DNA of 59,515 nucleotides, counting the filler. It is 5 parts of 5 records of this genome, joined end to end, with 100 filler letters (N's around TTAATTAATTAA, not from the genome) between each part and the next. Parts side by side here need not be neighbours in the genome. Positions count along the whole stretch, not along the records: positions 8,893 to 27,722 come from DRR378314_532; positions 27,823 to 34,173 come from DRR378314_537; 3 more parts are not named here. One strand, given 5' to 3'. The notes under the pieces are model-generated. The model did no database searches. It was not told where the DNA came from and worked only from the letters and a program-made list of their open reading frames with translations. Positions 18,270-31,000 of this stretch are shown here, piece by piece. The position numbers and the translations under genes are program-made. The stretch's first letter is position 1, and every line of letters begins with the position of its first letter.

Positions 18270-18791
18270 CTACTGCAGCGACGGCGCCTCGGGCGCTTCG
18301 CCGAGCAGCGGCTGGGCGCGGCGGAAGCGGGCATCATAACCGGGTTGCCAGGGAAACACCCCGTTCGGGTCCGGCCACACCATCTGCAGCGCCGGGTACG
18401 GCGCCGGCAGGTCGGCGTAGAACCAGTTGGCGTAGCCCAGATACTCGTTGTAGGCGGGCAGCGCCACCGGCAGGAACACCACCTCCAGGCCGTCGGCGAT
18501 GTCGCCATAGACCTGGAACGGCCGCAAACGGCGCCCCAGGCCGGTGATGCCCACGGCGGCGCTGTCCAGCAGGCGGCTGGCCAGGGTGTCCTTGAGGCCC
18601 ACCACGATCAGTTCCGGGTGGTCCCGCTTGAGGAAGTGCCCCAGCGTGAAGGCATAGCCCGGCTCGCCGGCGGCGCCGTCCACGCTGAGGTGATGCCAGC
18701 CCTTGCGTTCGATGCGGGCCAGCAGTTGTTTGTCCTGTTCGTCTTCCGGCTGCGGATAGCGGAAGCCCTCGGGCATTTCATCGAGAAACAT
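18270..18791 (-). CDS. DUF4262-family protein
   Basis: IERKGW, YAFTLGH, HPELIVVGL, LQMVWPDPNGVFPW. Confidence 0.8.
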   Translation of the reverse strand: MFLDEMPEGFRYPQPEDEQDKQLLARIERKGWHHLSVDGAAGEPGYAFTLGHFLKRDHPELIVVGLKDTLASRLLDSAAVGITGLGRRLRPFQVYGDIADGLEVVFLPVALPAYNEYLGYANWFYADLPAPYPALQMVWPDPNGVFPWQPGYDARFRRAQPLLGEAPEAPSLQ

Positions 18792-18958
18792 GGCTTCACT
18801 CTTTCTTGGGGCCGCCGCGCGATACGGAATGCGCGGCGCTCGACGTTGGCAGCGGCGCAGCTTACCAGAATCACTCTACTTGGTATGCGGCGGGGTGGAT
18901 GCAATACTGAGCCGGTGCGCTTTGATGCTTTCTTATTAGAGACAGAGGACCCTGTATT

Positions 18959-19699
18959 ATGAAAAAAATCACCCTGATGGCCGGCCTGGCCGCGCTCTCC
19001 GCCGCGCCCTTTGCACAGGCGGCGCCGCTTGTCGACGTTTACGCCGGCGGCTACGCCTGGAGCCCGGACACCTCCGGCAGCATCGCCTCCGGCAGCAACG
19101 ACATCGACATGGAGGACGATCTGGGCTTCGACGACTCCGACCAGACCGTGCTCTACGTGGGCCTGGAACATGCGGTTCCGGTGCTGCCCAATGTGCGCCT
19201 GCGCTACATGGACCTCTCCGACGACGCCAGCAACACTCTGGTCGATCCGATCACGTTCAACGGGCAGACCTTCGCCGGTGACGTGAATTCCGACTACGAC
19301 ATGGAGATGCTCGACGGCACCTTCTACTGGAGTCCGCTGGACAACGTGGTGAAGCTGGATCTGGGTCTGACCGTGCGGCAGATGGACGCGGACTTCACCA
19401 TCACCGGCGCCGGCCAACGGGCCACTGAAAGCGCCAGCGAAACCTTCCCGATGGCCCATGGCGCGGTACGCGCCAACCTGCCGCTCACCGGCGTGTACGT
19501 GGGCGGGGAAATCAACGCGATTGAGTACGACGGCAGCGGCATGCGTGATTTCGACGCGCACATCGGCTGGCAGTCGGACTTCCTGCTGGGCGTGAAAGCG
19601 GGCTATTCCCGCCTGGAAGTGGAACTGGACGACGTCAGCGGCCTGGACTCCGACCTGGAAATCGGCGGCCCCTACCTGGCGGCCACCTTCCGCTTCTGA
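18959..19699 (+). CDS. Outer-membrane beta-barrel (TIGR04219-like)
   Basis: Signal peptide, EHAVPVLPNVRL, alternating strands, C-terminal Phe (GPYLAATFRF). Confidence 0.85.
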   Translation: MKKITLMAGLAALSAAPFAQAAPLVDVYAGGYAWSPDTSGSIASGSNDIDMEDDLGFDDSDQTVLYVGLEHAVPVLPNVRLRYMDLSDDASNTLVDPITFNGQTFAGDVNSDYDMEMLDGTFYWSPLDNVVKLDLGLTVRQMDADFTITGAGQRATESASETFPMAHGAVRANLPLTGVYVGGEINAIEYDGSGMRDFDAHIGWQSDFLLGVKAGYSRLEVELDDVSGLDSDLEIGGPYLAATFRF

Positions 19700-19704
19700 G
19701 CCGC

Positions 19705-19728
19705 ACCGCCGGGCGGGCGCCCGGCGGT
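19705..19728. terminator. GC hairpin between convergent genes
   Basis: ACCGCCGGGC-GGGC-GCCCGGCGGT 10-bp stem; no U-tail. Confidence 0.45.
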
Positions 19729-20615
19729 CACCACTCCTTCTGAAGACGCTCGATACGGGCGTCTTTTTGTTCCCACAGATCGCTCACCCAGCGCTGCACG
19801 CCGGCGCGAAACGCCGCGTCCTCCTGGTAATCGCCGGCCCACAGGGCCGGGTCCAGGTTGTGGGTGCGCACGTCGATGATCACCCGCTCCAGCTGACCGC
19901 TGAGCAGCGCCCAGAAGCCGGGCGGCTTGCCCTCCGGATAGGCAATGGTCACGTCCAGCAGCGCGTCCAGATCGTCGCCCAGCGCCGCCATCACGAACGC
20001 CACGCCGCCGGCCTTGGGGCGCAGCAGGTGCTTGTAGGGGGATTGCTGCCGGGCCTGCTTTTCCGGGGTGCAGCGGGTGCCCTCGAGAAAATTAACCACG
20101 GTCACCGGCATATCCGCGAATTTCTCGCAGGCCGCCTTGGTGATCTCCAGATCCTTGCCTTTCAGTTCCGGGCGCTTCTCCAGCAGCTCTTTGGAGTAGC
20201 GCTTCATGAACGGGTAGTCCAGAGCCCAGAACGCCAGCCCCAGAAACGGCACCCAGATCAGTTCTTTCTTGAGGAAAAATTTGAAGTACGGGGTTTTGCG
20301 GTTGAAGGTCTGCACCAGGGCGGCGATGTCCACCCAGGACTGATGGTTACAGACCACCAGGTAGGAGGTGTCGCTGCGCAGCTTCTGGTCACCGCGGATA
20401 TCCCAACGGGTGGGCGTCATCAGCGCGAAGATCGCCTTGCAGATTTCCGCCCAGGTCTCGGCGATCCACATCACGCCCCGGGAGCAGGCGGCCTTGGCCT
20501 GCTTGCCGGGCAGCACCACTTTAAACAGCGCGATCAGCATCATCGGGCCGATCAACGTCAGTGTGTTCAGCAACAACAGCAAGAACGTGGTGGCACCGGT
20601 CAGCAAGGCCCGCAT
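19728..20615 (-). CDS. PlsC/YihG-like acyltransferase
   Basis: NHQSWVD, FFLKKEL, FLEGTR, LLRPKAGG; start at MRALL after GGAGAGGGAG. Confidence 0.9.
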   Translation of the reverse strand: MRALLTGATTFLLLLLNTLTLIGPMMLIALFKVVLPGKQAKAACSRGVMWIAETWAEICKAIFALMTPTRWDIRGDQKLRSDTSYLVVCNHQSWVDIAALVQTFNRKTPYFKFFLKKELIWVPFLGLAFWALDYPFMKRYSKELLEKRPELKGKDLEITKAACEKFADMPVTVVNFLEGTRCTPEKQARQQSPYKHLLRPKAGGVAFVMAALGDDLDALLDVTIAYPEGKPPGFWALLSGQLERVIIDVRTHNLDPALWAGDYQEDAAFRAGVQRWVSDLWEQKDARIERLQKEW

Positions 20616-20720
20616 CAGGCGAACTCCCTCTCCCCAAGATGAATCTGGATCATAGCCAACCCGATCCACAGGCCCAAGACCGTACTTGTATTGAATTGTT
20701 TATAGGCCCCGAGGGGCCCG

Positions 20721-22955
20721 TCAGCGGGCTTCCACCGTCATCACGTCCACGTTCTGGAAGCCGCGCGGCAGTTTGGCACCGCGCCGGCCGCGCTCGCCGA
20801 AGTAGTGCTCCAGGTCGCTGGCCTTGAGGTTGAGATGACGTTTGCCGGCGTAGATCACCAGGGTGTCGTCGGGGCCGAGCACCTGCACGTCCTGCACGAA
20901 CTCGACGCGTTCGGCGACGCGGCCGCCGGGAATCGCCATCATCTTGTTGCCCTTGCCGCGCGACATTTCCGGCAGGTCGCGCACCGGGAACACCAGCAGG
21001 CGGCCTTCATTGGAGACCAGGGCGATCAGATCGGTCTGCGGGTCCTTGACCGGGCGTGGCGGCTGCACCTTGGCGCCCTTGGGCACGTTCAGCACGCTCT
21101 TGCCGGCTTTCTTGTTGGCCAGCAGGTCCGCGTAACGCACCACGAAGCCGTAACCCGCATCCGTGCTCATCAGGTAGGCGTCTTTTTCCTGACCCATGAT
21201 GGCGGCCACGAAACCGGCGCCGGAAGGCGGGCTGACCCGGCCGGACAGGGGCTCACCCTGGCCGCGCGCGCTGGGCAGGGTGTGCGCCAGCAGCGAATAA
21301 CTGCGCCCGGTGGTGTCCAGGAAGCACACCGGCTGATTGGATTTGCCTCGCGCGGAGGCCAGGTATTTGTCCCCGGCCTTGTAGCTGAGACCGGCCACGT
21401 CCACGTCGTGGCCCTTGGCGGAACGCACCCAGCCTTTTTCCGAAAGCACCACGGTGACCGGGTCGGCGCCCACCAGGTCCGCTTCGTCCAGGGCCTTGGC
21501 GTCGTTGCGCTCGACCAGCGGTGAGCGGCGGTCGTCGCCGAAGTTTTCGGCGTCTTCCTTGAGTTCCTTGGCGATCAGTTTCTTCATTTTCGCCGCCGAA
21601 CCCAGGGTCTCTTCCAGCTTGTCCCTTTCCTCGGCGAGCTCATCCTGCTCGCCCTTGATCTTCATTTCCTCGAGCTTGGCCAGATGGCGCAGCTTCAGTT
21701 CCAGGATCGCTTCCGCCTGACGGTCGCTGAGCCCGAACCGCTCCATCAGCACCGGCTTGGGCGCGTCTTCGCGGCGGATAATCTCGATCACCTCATCGAT
21801 GTTCAGATAGGCGATCAACAAACCTTCCAGCAGGTGCAGGCGGTCCAGCACCTTGTCCAGACGGTGCTGCAGACGCCGGCGCACGGTGACCATGCGGAAC
21901 TGCAGCCACTCGTTGAGAATCATGTCCAGGCTTTTCACCTGGGGGCGCTCATCGATGCCGATCATGTTCAGATTGACCCGGTAATTCTTTTCCAGGTCGG
22001 TGGTGGCGAACAGGTGGCCCATCAGTTGCGCGATATCCACCCGGTTGGAGCGCGGCGTGATGATCAGACGGGTGGGGTTTTCGTGGTCGGATTCGTCGCG
22101 CAGGTCGCTGACCATGGGCAGCTTTTTCTTCTGCATCTGGTCGGCGATCTGTTCCAGCACCTTGGCGCCGGACACCTGATAGGGCAGCGCGGTGATCACG
22201 ATGTCGTTTTCCTCGCGCTCGTAGACGGCGCGCTGCTTGAGGCTGCCCTTGCCTTCCGCGTACATGCGGATGATGTCGTTGCGCGGTGTGATGATTTCCG
22301 CCTCGGTGGGGAAATCCGGGCCTTTGATGTATTCGAGCAGGTCGTCCAGGGACGCGCCCGGGTCCTTGAGCAGGTGGATACAGGCCTGCGCCACCTCGCG
22401 CAGATTGTGCGGCGGGATGTCGGTGCTCATGCCCACGGCGATGCCGGTGGTGCCGTTAAGCAGCACATTGGGCAGCCGCGCCGGCAGCAGCTTGGGCTCG
22501 TCCATGGTGCCGTCGAAGTTGGGCACCCATTCCACCGTGCCCTGACCCAGCTCGGCGAGCAGCACTTCCGCGTACGGCGCCAGCTTGGATTCCGTGTAAC
22601 GCATGGCGGCGAAGGATTTCGGGTCGTCCGGGCTGCCCCAGTTGCCCTGGCCGTCCACCAGCGGGTAGCGGTAGCTGAACGGCTGCGCCATCAACACCAT
22701 GGCCTCGTAACAGGCGGAGTCGCCGTGCGGGTGGAACTTACCCAGCACGTCGCCCACGGTACGGGCGGACTTTTTATACTTGGCGGTGCTCTTCAGGCCC
22801 AGCTCGCTCATCGCGTAGACAATGCGCCGCTGCACCGGCTTCAGGCCGTCGCCGATCTTCGGCAACGCCCGGTCCATGATCACGTACATGGAGTAGTCCA
22901 GGTACGCTTTTTCGGTGTAGTCCCTGAGGGACAGGTCTTCGAAATCGTCTGCCAT
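20721..22955 (-). CDS. parC: DNA topoisomerase IV subunit A
   Basis: [26 protein letters not shown] catalytic Tyr; no GyrA box. Confidence 0.97.
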   Translation of the reverse strand: MADDFEDLSLRDYTEKAYLDYSMYVIMDRALPKIGDGLKPVQRRIVYAMSELGLKSTAKYKKSARTVGDVLGKFHPHGDSACYEAMVLMAQPFSYRYPLVDGQGNWGSPDDPKSFAAMRYTESKLAPYAEVLLAELGQGTVEWVPNFDGTMDEPKLLPARLPNVLLNGTTGIAVGMSTDIPPHNLREVAQACIHLLKDPGASLDDLLEYIKGPDFPTEAEIITPRNDIIRMYAEGKGSLKQRAVYEREENDIVITALPYQVSGAKVLEQIADQMQKKKLPMVSDLRDESDHENPTRLIITPRSNRVDIAQLMGHLFATTDLEKNYRVNLNMIGIDERPQVKSLDMILNEWLQFRMVTVRRRLQHRLDKVLDRLHLLEGLLIAYLNIDEVIEIIRREDAPKPVLMERFGLSDRQAEAILELKLRHLAKLEEMKIKGEQDELAEERDKLEETLGSAAKMKKLIAKELKEDAENFGDDRRSPLVERNDAKALDEADLVGADPVTVVLSEKGWVRSAKGHDVDVAGLSYKAGDKYLASARGKSNQPVCFLDTTGRSYSLLAHTLPSARGQGEPLSGRVSPPSGAGFVAAIMGQEKDAYLMSTDAGYGFVVRYADLLANKKAGKSVLNVPKGAKVQPPRPVKDPQTDLIALVSNEGRLLVFPVRDLPEMSRGKGNKMMAIPGGRVAERVEFVQDVQVLGPDDTLVIYAGKRHLNLKASDLEHYFGERGRRGAKLPRGFQNVDVMTVEAR

Positions 22956-22958
22956 CTT

Positions 22959-24851
<1,893 letters not shown>

Positions 24852-24866
24852 CTAATCGGTATGAAT

Positions 24867-25457
24867 TCAGGTATCCGGCGTCAGGCGAATGCCGCAAAAG
24901 CGCAACACTAGCGGAATAAAGGCGTCGAAGTCATCAAAACCGTGGCTGCCGCCCAGGCCCCGGAACAGGTGGCAGTCGGCGTAATATTCCCAGCCCTCGC
25001 GCCAGTCCAGGGATTCGTCGCCAGTCTGGGTCAGAAGCAGCATCTGCTCGGGCTTGCTGATCGCCTCGACCTGGTAGTGGCGGAGCTCATCGAGCCAGGC
25101 GGGATCGAACTGGTACGCCTCGCCGCTGTGGTAGTTATGATTGATACCTGTGTATTTGTCCAGTAGTCGCCAGGGGCGGACCGCCGGATTGACCACCGTG
25201 GTGACCAGATCGTGGTGCTCGGCCAGCCAGGTGGCGTAGAAGCCGCCCAGGGACGAGCCCAGCAACGCCACCGGGCCGGCCCCGGCGATGGTGGCTTCCA
25301 GGGTCGCCATGGCTTTCCTGGGCTGCGGGTCGAGCGCCGGCACGTGCAACCGGTGCCCGGCGCCGTGGCGCTCGAAGTAGTCGCGCAGCACCCCGGCCTT
25401 CCAGGATTGCGGCGAACTGTTGAAACCGTGGATATAAATCAGGGATATGTCGGACAT
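24867..25457 (-). CDS. yqiA: YqiA/YcfP-family esterase
   Basis: YIHGFNSSP, GSSLGG, GGSHGF; synteny. Confidence 0.9.
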   Translation of the reverse strand: MSDISLIYIHGFNSSPQSWKAGVLRDYFERHGAGHRLHVPALDPQPRKAMATLEATIAGAGPVALLGSSLGGFYATWLAEHHDLVTTVVNPAVRPWRLLDKYTGINHNYHSGEAYQFDPAWLDELRHYQVEAISKPEQMLLLTQTGDESLDWREGWEYYADCHLFRGLGGSHGFDDFDAFIPLVLRFCGIRLTPDT

Positions 25458-25484
25458 GAGGCGCACCCGGTCGCGTAAACGGCC

Positions 25485-25526
25485 TCACTCTTCACTATCA
25501 ACTGTCAACTATCAACTGTTAACTGA
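25485..25526. repeat. Six degenerate 7-bp tandem repeats
   Basis: TCACTCT TCACTAT CAACTGT CAACTAT CAACTGT TAACTGA in the cpdA-yqiA spacer. Confidence 0.8.
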
Positions 25527-25527
25527 T

Positions 25528-26334
25528 TCAGTAGCCCTTCACCGACATATCCACTTCGAAGTGGATGCCTTCCACCCGGCTGACGGCGGTATCGATGCCG
25601 CCGTCGGCGTGCAGATCCAGCCAGCGGTAACCGGGGCTGGTGTCGTCCACGGCGAAATCCGCGCTGCCGGGTTTGAACTGCACGCAGGTGCTGGGCACCG
25701 CCAGCAGCCGCACGCCGTTGCGGGTGTCGTCGTATTCCTGGTGCACATGGCCCCAGAGGATGCCGCGCACCCGGGGGTGGGCGTCGATCACCTCGAAGAA
25801 GCGTTCCGCGCTGCCCACCAGCTGGGTGTCCAGCCATTCGCTGCCCATCGGCACCGGGTGGTGGTGCAGGCACACCAGCAGGTGCTCGCCGGCGGCGTCG
25901 CGCAGGGCGTCGTCCAGGAACTTGAGGTCCTCGTCGAACAGGTCGCCGGGCACCTCGCCGGGAATGGTGGAATCCAGCAGCACCAGGGTCCAGTTGCCGA
26001 TGTCCGCCACGCACGGGCTGACCCGGTTATCCTGGCCGCGCAGGGCGCGCAGCATGGGCGCCGGCTTGTCGTGGTTGCCCTCCAGCCAGTAGATCGGCGC
26101 GCGAAACCCGGACAGGGTTTTCGCCAACCGCTGGTAGGACTCGTAGGAGCCGTCCTGCGACAGATCGCCGGTGGCGAGTATCAGGTCCATATCAGGCTGT
26201 TCGCGGCGTACCCGGTCCAGCACCGCCTCGAGACTGAACTGCGTGTTCAGGCCCAAAAGCTTGCCGTCGGTATCCGCGAAAAGGTGAAAATCGGACAGCT
26301 GCACTACCCGCAGCGGCTGAACCGGATGCGTCAA
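25528..26334 (-). CDS. cpdA: 3',5'-cyclic AMP phosphodiesterase
   Basis: SDFH, TGDLSQD, GNHD, LHHHP, WGHVH, PSTC; probable TTG start at 26334 (or ATG 26358). Confidence 0.93.
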   Translation of the reverse strand: MTHPVQPLRVVQLSDFHLFADTDGKLLGLNTQFSLEAVLDRVRREQPDMDLILATGDLSQDGSYESYQRLAKTLSGFRAPIYWLEGNHDKPAPMLRALRGQDNRVSPCVADIGNWTLVLLDSTIPGEVPGDLFDEDLKFLDDALRDAAGEHLLVCLHHHPVPMGSEWLDTQLVGSAERFFEVIDAHPRVRGILWGHVHQEYDDTRNGVRLLAVPSTCVQFKPGSADFAVDDTSPGYRWLDLHADGGIDTAVSRVEGIHFEVDMSVKGY

Positions 26335-26515
26335 AATCCCCGCTCCCGTTGTAATCATGATCCCGATACCCGCGCGTCCCAAGCACGCCGGCCCCGCCTC
26401 GGCCAAACTCTCGGCCCGCCTTTTTCCCCCAGGAAAATAAGACGTTAGTCGGTTATATCGAAGATGATGGCAGTTGGCCAGGAAGGCGGTTCCGAATTCG
26501 GAACCATTGCTCGTT

Positions 26516-26964
26516 TTATTCGGTGCCGGAACGCCGCCAGGGCTCGCCGGAGGCACGGCCGAAATCATGCACATGGGCCAGCCATTCGCCCAGAAAGCGG
26601 TTCCACTGGGCTTTTTCGTCGCGCTGGTGCATGTGGCTGTTGGGGTACGGATAGCGCGCCTGCACCCGCCGGAACGGCGTCGCCTCGGTGACTTCCGCCA
26701 CCCGGGCATCGTGGTACAAACGTACCGTCAGCCGGGGCGCCGGCATGGCGTCGTGCAGGGCCTGATCCTCGAAACGCAGGGTGGTGGTGTACGGCGCCCG
26801 CTCCAGAACCCGGATACTGACCGTGCGCGGACGCTCCTCGCCAAGCGACACGTCCAGGCTGTCGTCGTCGCCGAGCGCGCGCATCAGCGGCAGCAGGCGG
26901 GCGTAGTTCCACTCGCACTGGGCCATCAGGTCGCGGAAGTCGAGGCGGTAGCGGCGCGGGCGGC

Positions 26965-26968
<4 letters not shown>
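26516..26968 (-). CDS. yqiB: DUF1249 (YqiB) protein
   Basis: CEWNYARL, YTT, VRLYHDARVAEV, YPYPN..HQRDEK.Q.N.FL.EWL. Confidence 0.9.
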
Positions 26969-27722
<754 letters not shown>

Positions 27723-27822
27723 NNNNNNNNNNNNNNNNNNNNNNNNNNNNNNNNNNNNNNNNNNNNTTAATTAATTAANNNNNNNNNNNNNNNNNNNNNN
27801 NNNNNNNNNNNNNNNNNNNNNN
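27723..27822. other. Artificial contig linker
   Basis: 44 N + TTAATTAATTAA + 44 N. Confidence 0.99.
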
Positions 27823-28099
27823 CCTCACGGCCCGTTTGCGTTTGGAAGGGTGAATGGATGAAAGTGACCACCACGACGCCCTGCTCGAATCATCGGTGGA
27901 GCGGGAGACGTGAGCTCGTCGTCGTCTGCAGGACGTTGCGATGATAACGCGCAGAATAGGAGCGAAGGACATCGAGCACGAAACGGTCATGCAAGGCGCC
28001 TCGCGACGCCCGTCGTTTGCATGGCGTTCATGCGGGCCCAGCACGTTACGCACGATCCTCTCTCTGATCGCAAGGTATCCCACCAGTCAAGCACGTGAT

Positions 28100-31000
28100 C
28101 TATACCGATGTACGGCGTAGCAAATGATTACCAGAGCGGTGTGGTGACCTAGGCACACCTTTGTTGATCGAGCCCTCATCAACCTGGAGCAGGGAAGCTT
28201 TCAGCGACTCGGGGATATTTGGGTTCAAAGTAACGTGTCTCCCTAGCTCTCGCGAGAGCAGTTTTCCGGCGGGAATCAGCGAATTTCTCCTACGAGAAAG
28301 AATCTTTCGCTGCTCTTCTAAAGCGCGCTTTGTCTCTGCAGAGAAAGAGCAAGCCAACAGGGAAGAATCGCATTAGTGTCATATCGGGATCGCGCTCGTG
28401 TGGGTGCAAAACAATAGGCCATCGTGCTGCGTGCCCGCGGTTGCAAAGCGCACAGAGCCACGCCTTGTGTATGGAGCACTGGGCGGGTGGCACGTCGGAA
28501 ACACCACGCGATGCATGCGATCACACTTGTCCTGGCGTGGTGTATACAAAGGGGACATGTAACACTGCGCGGACCTTCCAACGTGGAGCCCATAGCCAGA
28601 TGCGCCGCAGCTCCACGCGACGAAGACGAAGCGACCGGCTACGGTCGCCCGAACAAGGAATCCCCGCCTCGCGATCAGCCTTGCCAGTGCACCCGCATGT
28701 GTGCCAGCGATCCATACCGTTGTGCTTTTCGCGGAGCCATCCGTGCGTAAAGAGAGCATCAAGACCGGCGTTCATGACGGCGAACAGTAGCATTGTCCCA
28801 ATCGTCTGCAGGGAGCAGCGACGAGCGCGCATGCACAGGAACAAATTGCGGGCACGGTGCATGAGAGCGGGTGATCTGGAGCAACAGTCCCCCCCTTCCA
28901 ACTACCACGCAGATGCGCTGCAATTTCGAGATACGGAGGCTGTTGCACAAAGCTCGTTATTTGACGCGCACTATAGGTGCGTCCTCTAGGCATAAGTATA
29001 GATGCGCGCACTCGCTGCGTACTAAGCGAGCCACAACAAAGCGCCAACGGTAGCGTATAGGGTACAGCAAAACGGAACGATGTGCGCATTGGTGCAAGGC
29101 ACGAAGGATTGTATGGATTCTACGTTCCGCCCAAAGCAAGCTTCGAGTAATTCACTGTGAACTGCGACCATGTAGCGATGCGCTCTGCGCACTGGATCGC
29201 TTTGCAGACAGGTGTGACGTACCGCAACGTTGGCGTACTGCAGTGAAGGAGTGATCACCAGCGGAGTGACTGCGCACAGAGCTGCTGTGACGATACGAAT
29301 CCCTACGCTGACATTTGTAAAGTTTCCCCACACTGAGAGTGGCTGATGTGCCTCTTGAATGACTACACACATTTAGAACCACCCAACAGCGGCAGAAGCA
29401 GCAAGCAAGGACGCCAGTGTTCGTAAGTGCGGCGTAAGCGCACAGTGAGATGAACAGGTGAACGTCATAGCAAGCGTGCCTCTGGCACACGCATCCCACG
29501 AAGGCAGCTCGCAAACTGCACCCCCCCAATCAATGACACATCCCATCGACGCCGGACAGGCCCTTGGCTCATCACGAGCAGCAAGTGCTGCATAGAGGAA
29601 AAACCGCCGATTGGCAAGAGGACACGGCGGGCGCGCGACTGATAGGCACTGCGTGAAGCAACCTGCGTAGGATCGGGAGCGAGCAAACGCGTTGCACGGT
29701 CCCCGGCGTGCAAACCTGAGCGCACTTCCTTTGAGCAAGCCCTTCGTCTGTTGGCTACCTGAACTGTTTCCGGTGATCCGTCTGAGAGATGACAATTTTA
29801 CACAAAAAGTAAAGCTAAACGTCTGACAAGCAACCGCCCCCAAGGGGTACTTGCAGAGAGAACGCATCCGTGCCTGGCGCGCCAGACGACACCAGGTGGC
29901 GATACACCCCGAAGCATACTGTTTCACCACAGCACAAGCACCCCATGACAGTGCAAAATACCGCAAACAAGAGCAATCAATCTTTTCCTGCAAAATATGG
30001 CTGGATTCTAATTCGCACACACGTCTCCCGCAGCGAAGTCCAACGCGTACCGGCAAGCGCGAGATGGATGAGCGCATTTGACCCGCACAGCAGCCAAAGA
30101 CTGCGGGCATTGTCACGCGATGTTGACGCGACAAGCTCCATCGCAGAGCCGGCAACTCCTGCACGCAATGGTGCAGCAGGAGAACGTCGAGAAATGATAA
30201 TGAACAGATATAGAGAGACGCCATCCAGAGCGTGCGCGAAGATTGGTGCAAGGCTGGGCGCCCATAGCTGGCGCCAACGACGTACACGTATCGCGCGCCT
30301 CCCGAGCAGAGTTAGGGTTAGAGATCACAGAGGTGGTCGAGGGTGTGGCATCCTTCGCCCTTTCCGGTACGTACAGACCCCAGGCCAAAGCAAGCAGGTA
30401 GCTCTGCGGAGCGAAACTCACTCAGGGTAGACTCATCATTGTTGTATAGGAGTCGTACTTTTTGTAACATACAATTCTCCTGCCGCGTGTATTATTGTGG
30501 AAACTTTCGTGTTTGTAGAGATTTGGGCTCAATAGCGGCGGTAGAGGTGCCGTGTACGAGAGGCGCTTTGCCCCTTCGCTCCTGCGTTGCTGCCAAATCT
30601 GCAACGACCCACTCTACATGCTGCATATGTCGCTCTAACCCTCAATCGTGGCACTTCCTACGAGCGCAGAGCCAGCGCAAAAAAACATCTGTAGAGGCTG
30701 TGTATATGCGAGCGCGCTCACGTGCGGCGAAGGAACAGACTGTGGAAAGCTATGATTCTGCGCTCGTCGACCAGGGAGGAGCTGCAGCTGCATGTCATGC
30801 GTGCCGCCACGCCGGAACCACACGCGGACGACTGCGATCCGCAGCCGTCCTGACAGAAGTGTGCAGCGAGCATCTATGGAGGGTTTCAAATTATCCAGCC
30901 AGAAAGAATACTCCATGCGAAACGCACCGATGCCTGCAAAGAGAATCATGTGCGAAATCCACCACAGCTGGCCGCGCAATGCAGACGTCCTCAGTGCATG

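Noticed and set aside
30421-30440. Minus-strand ATGATGA-N7-CTGA in an LtrA intron
   Set aside because: No upstream C box found; too short for a snoRNA
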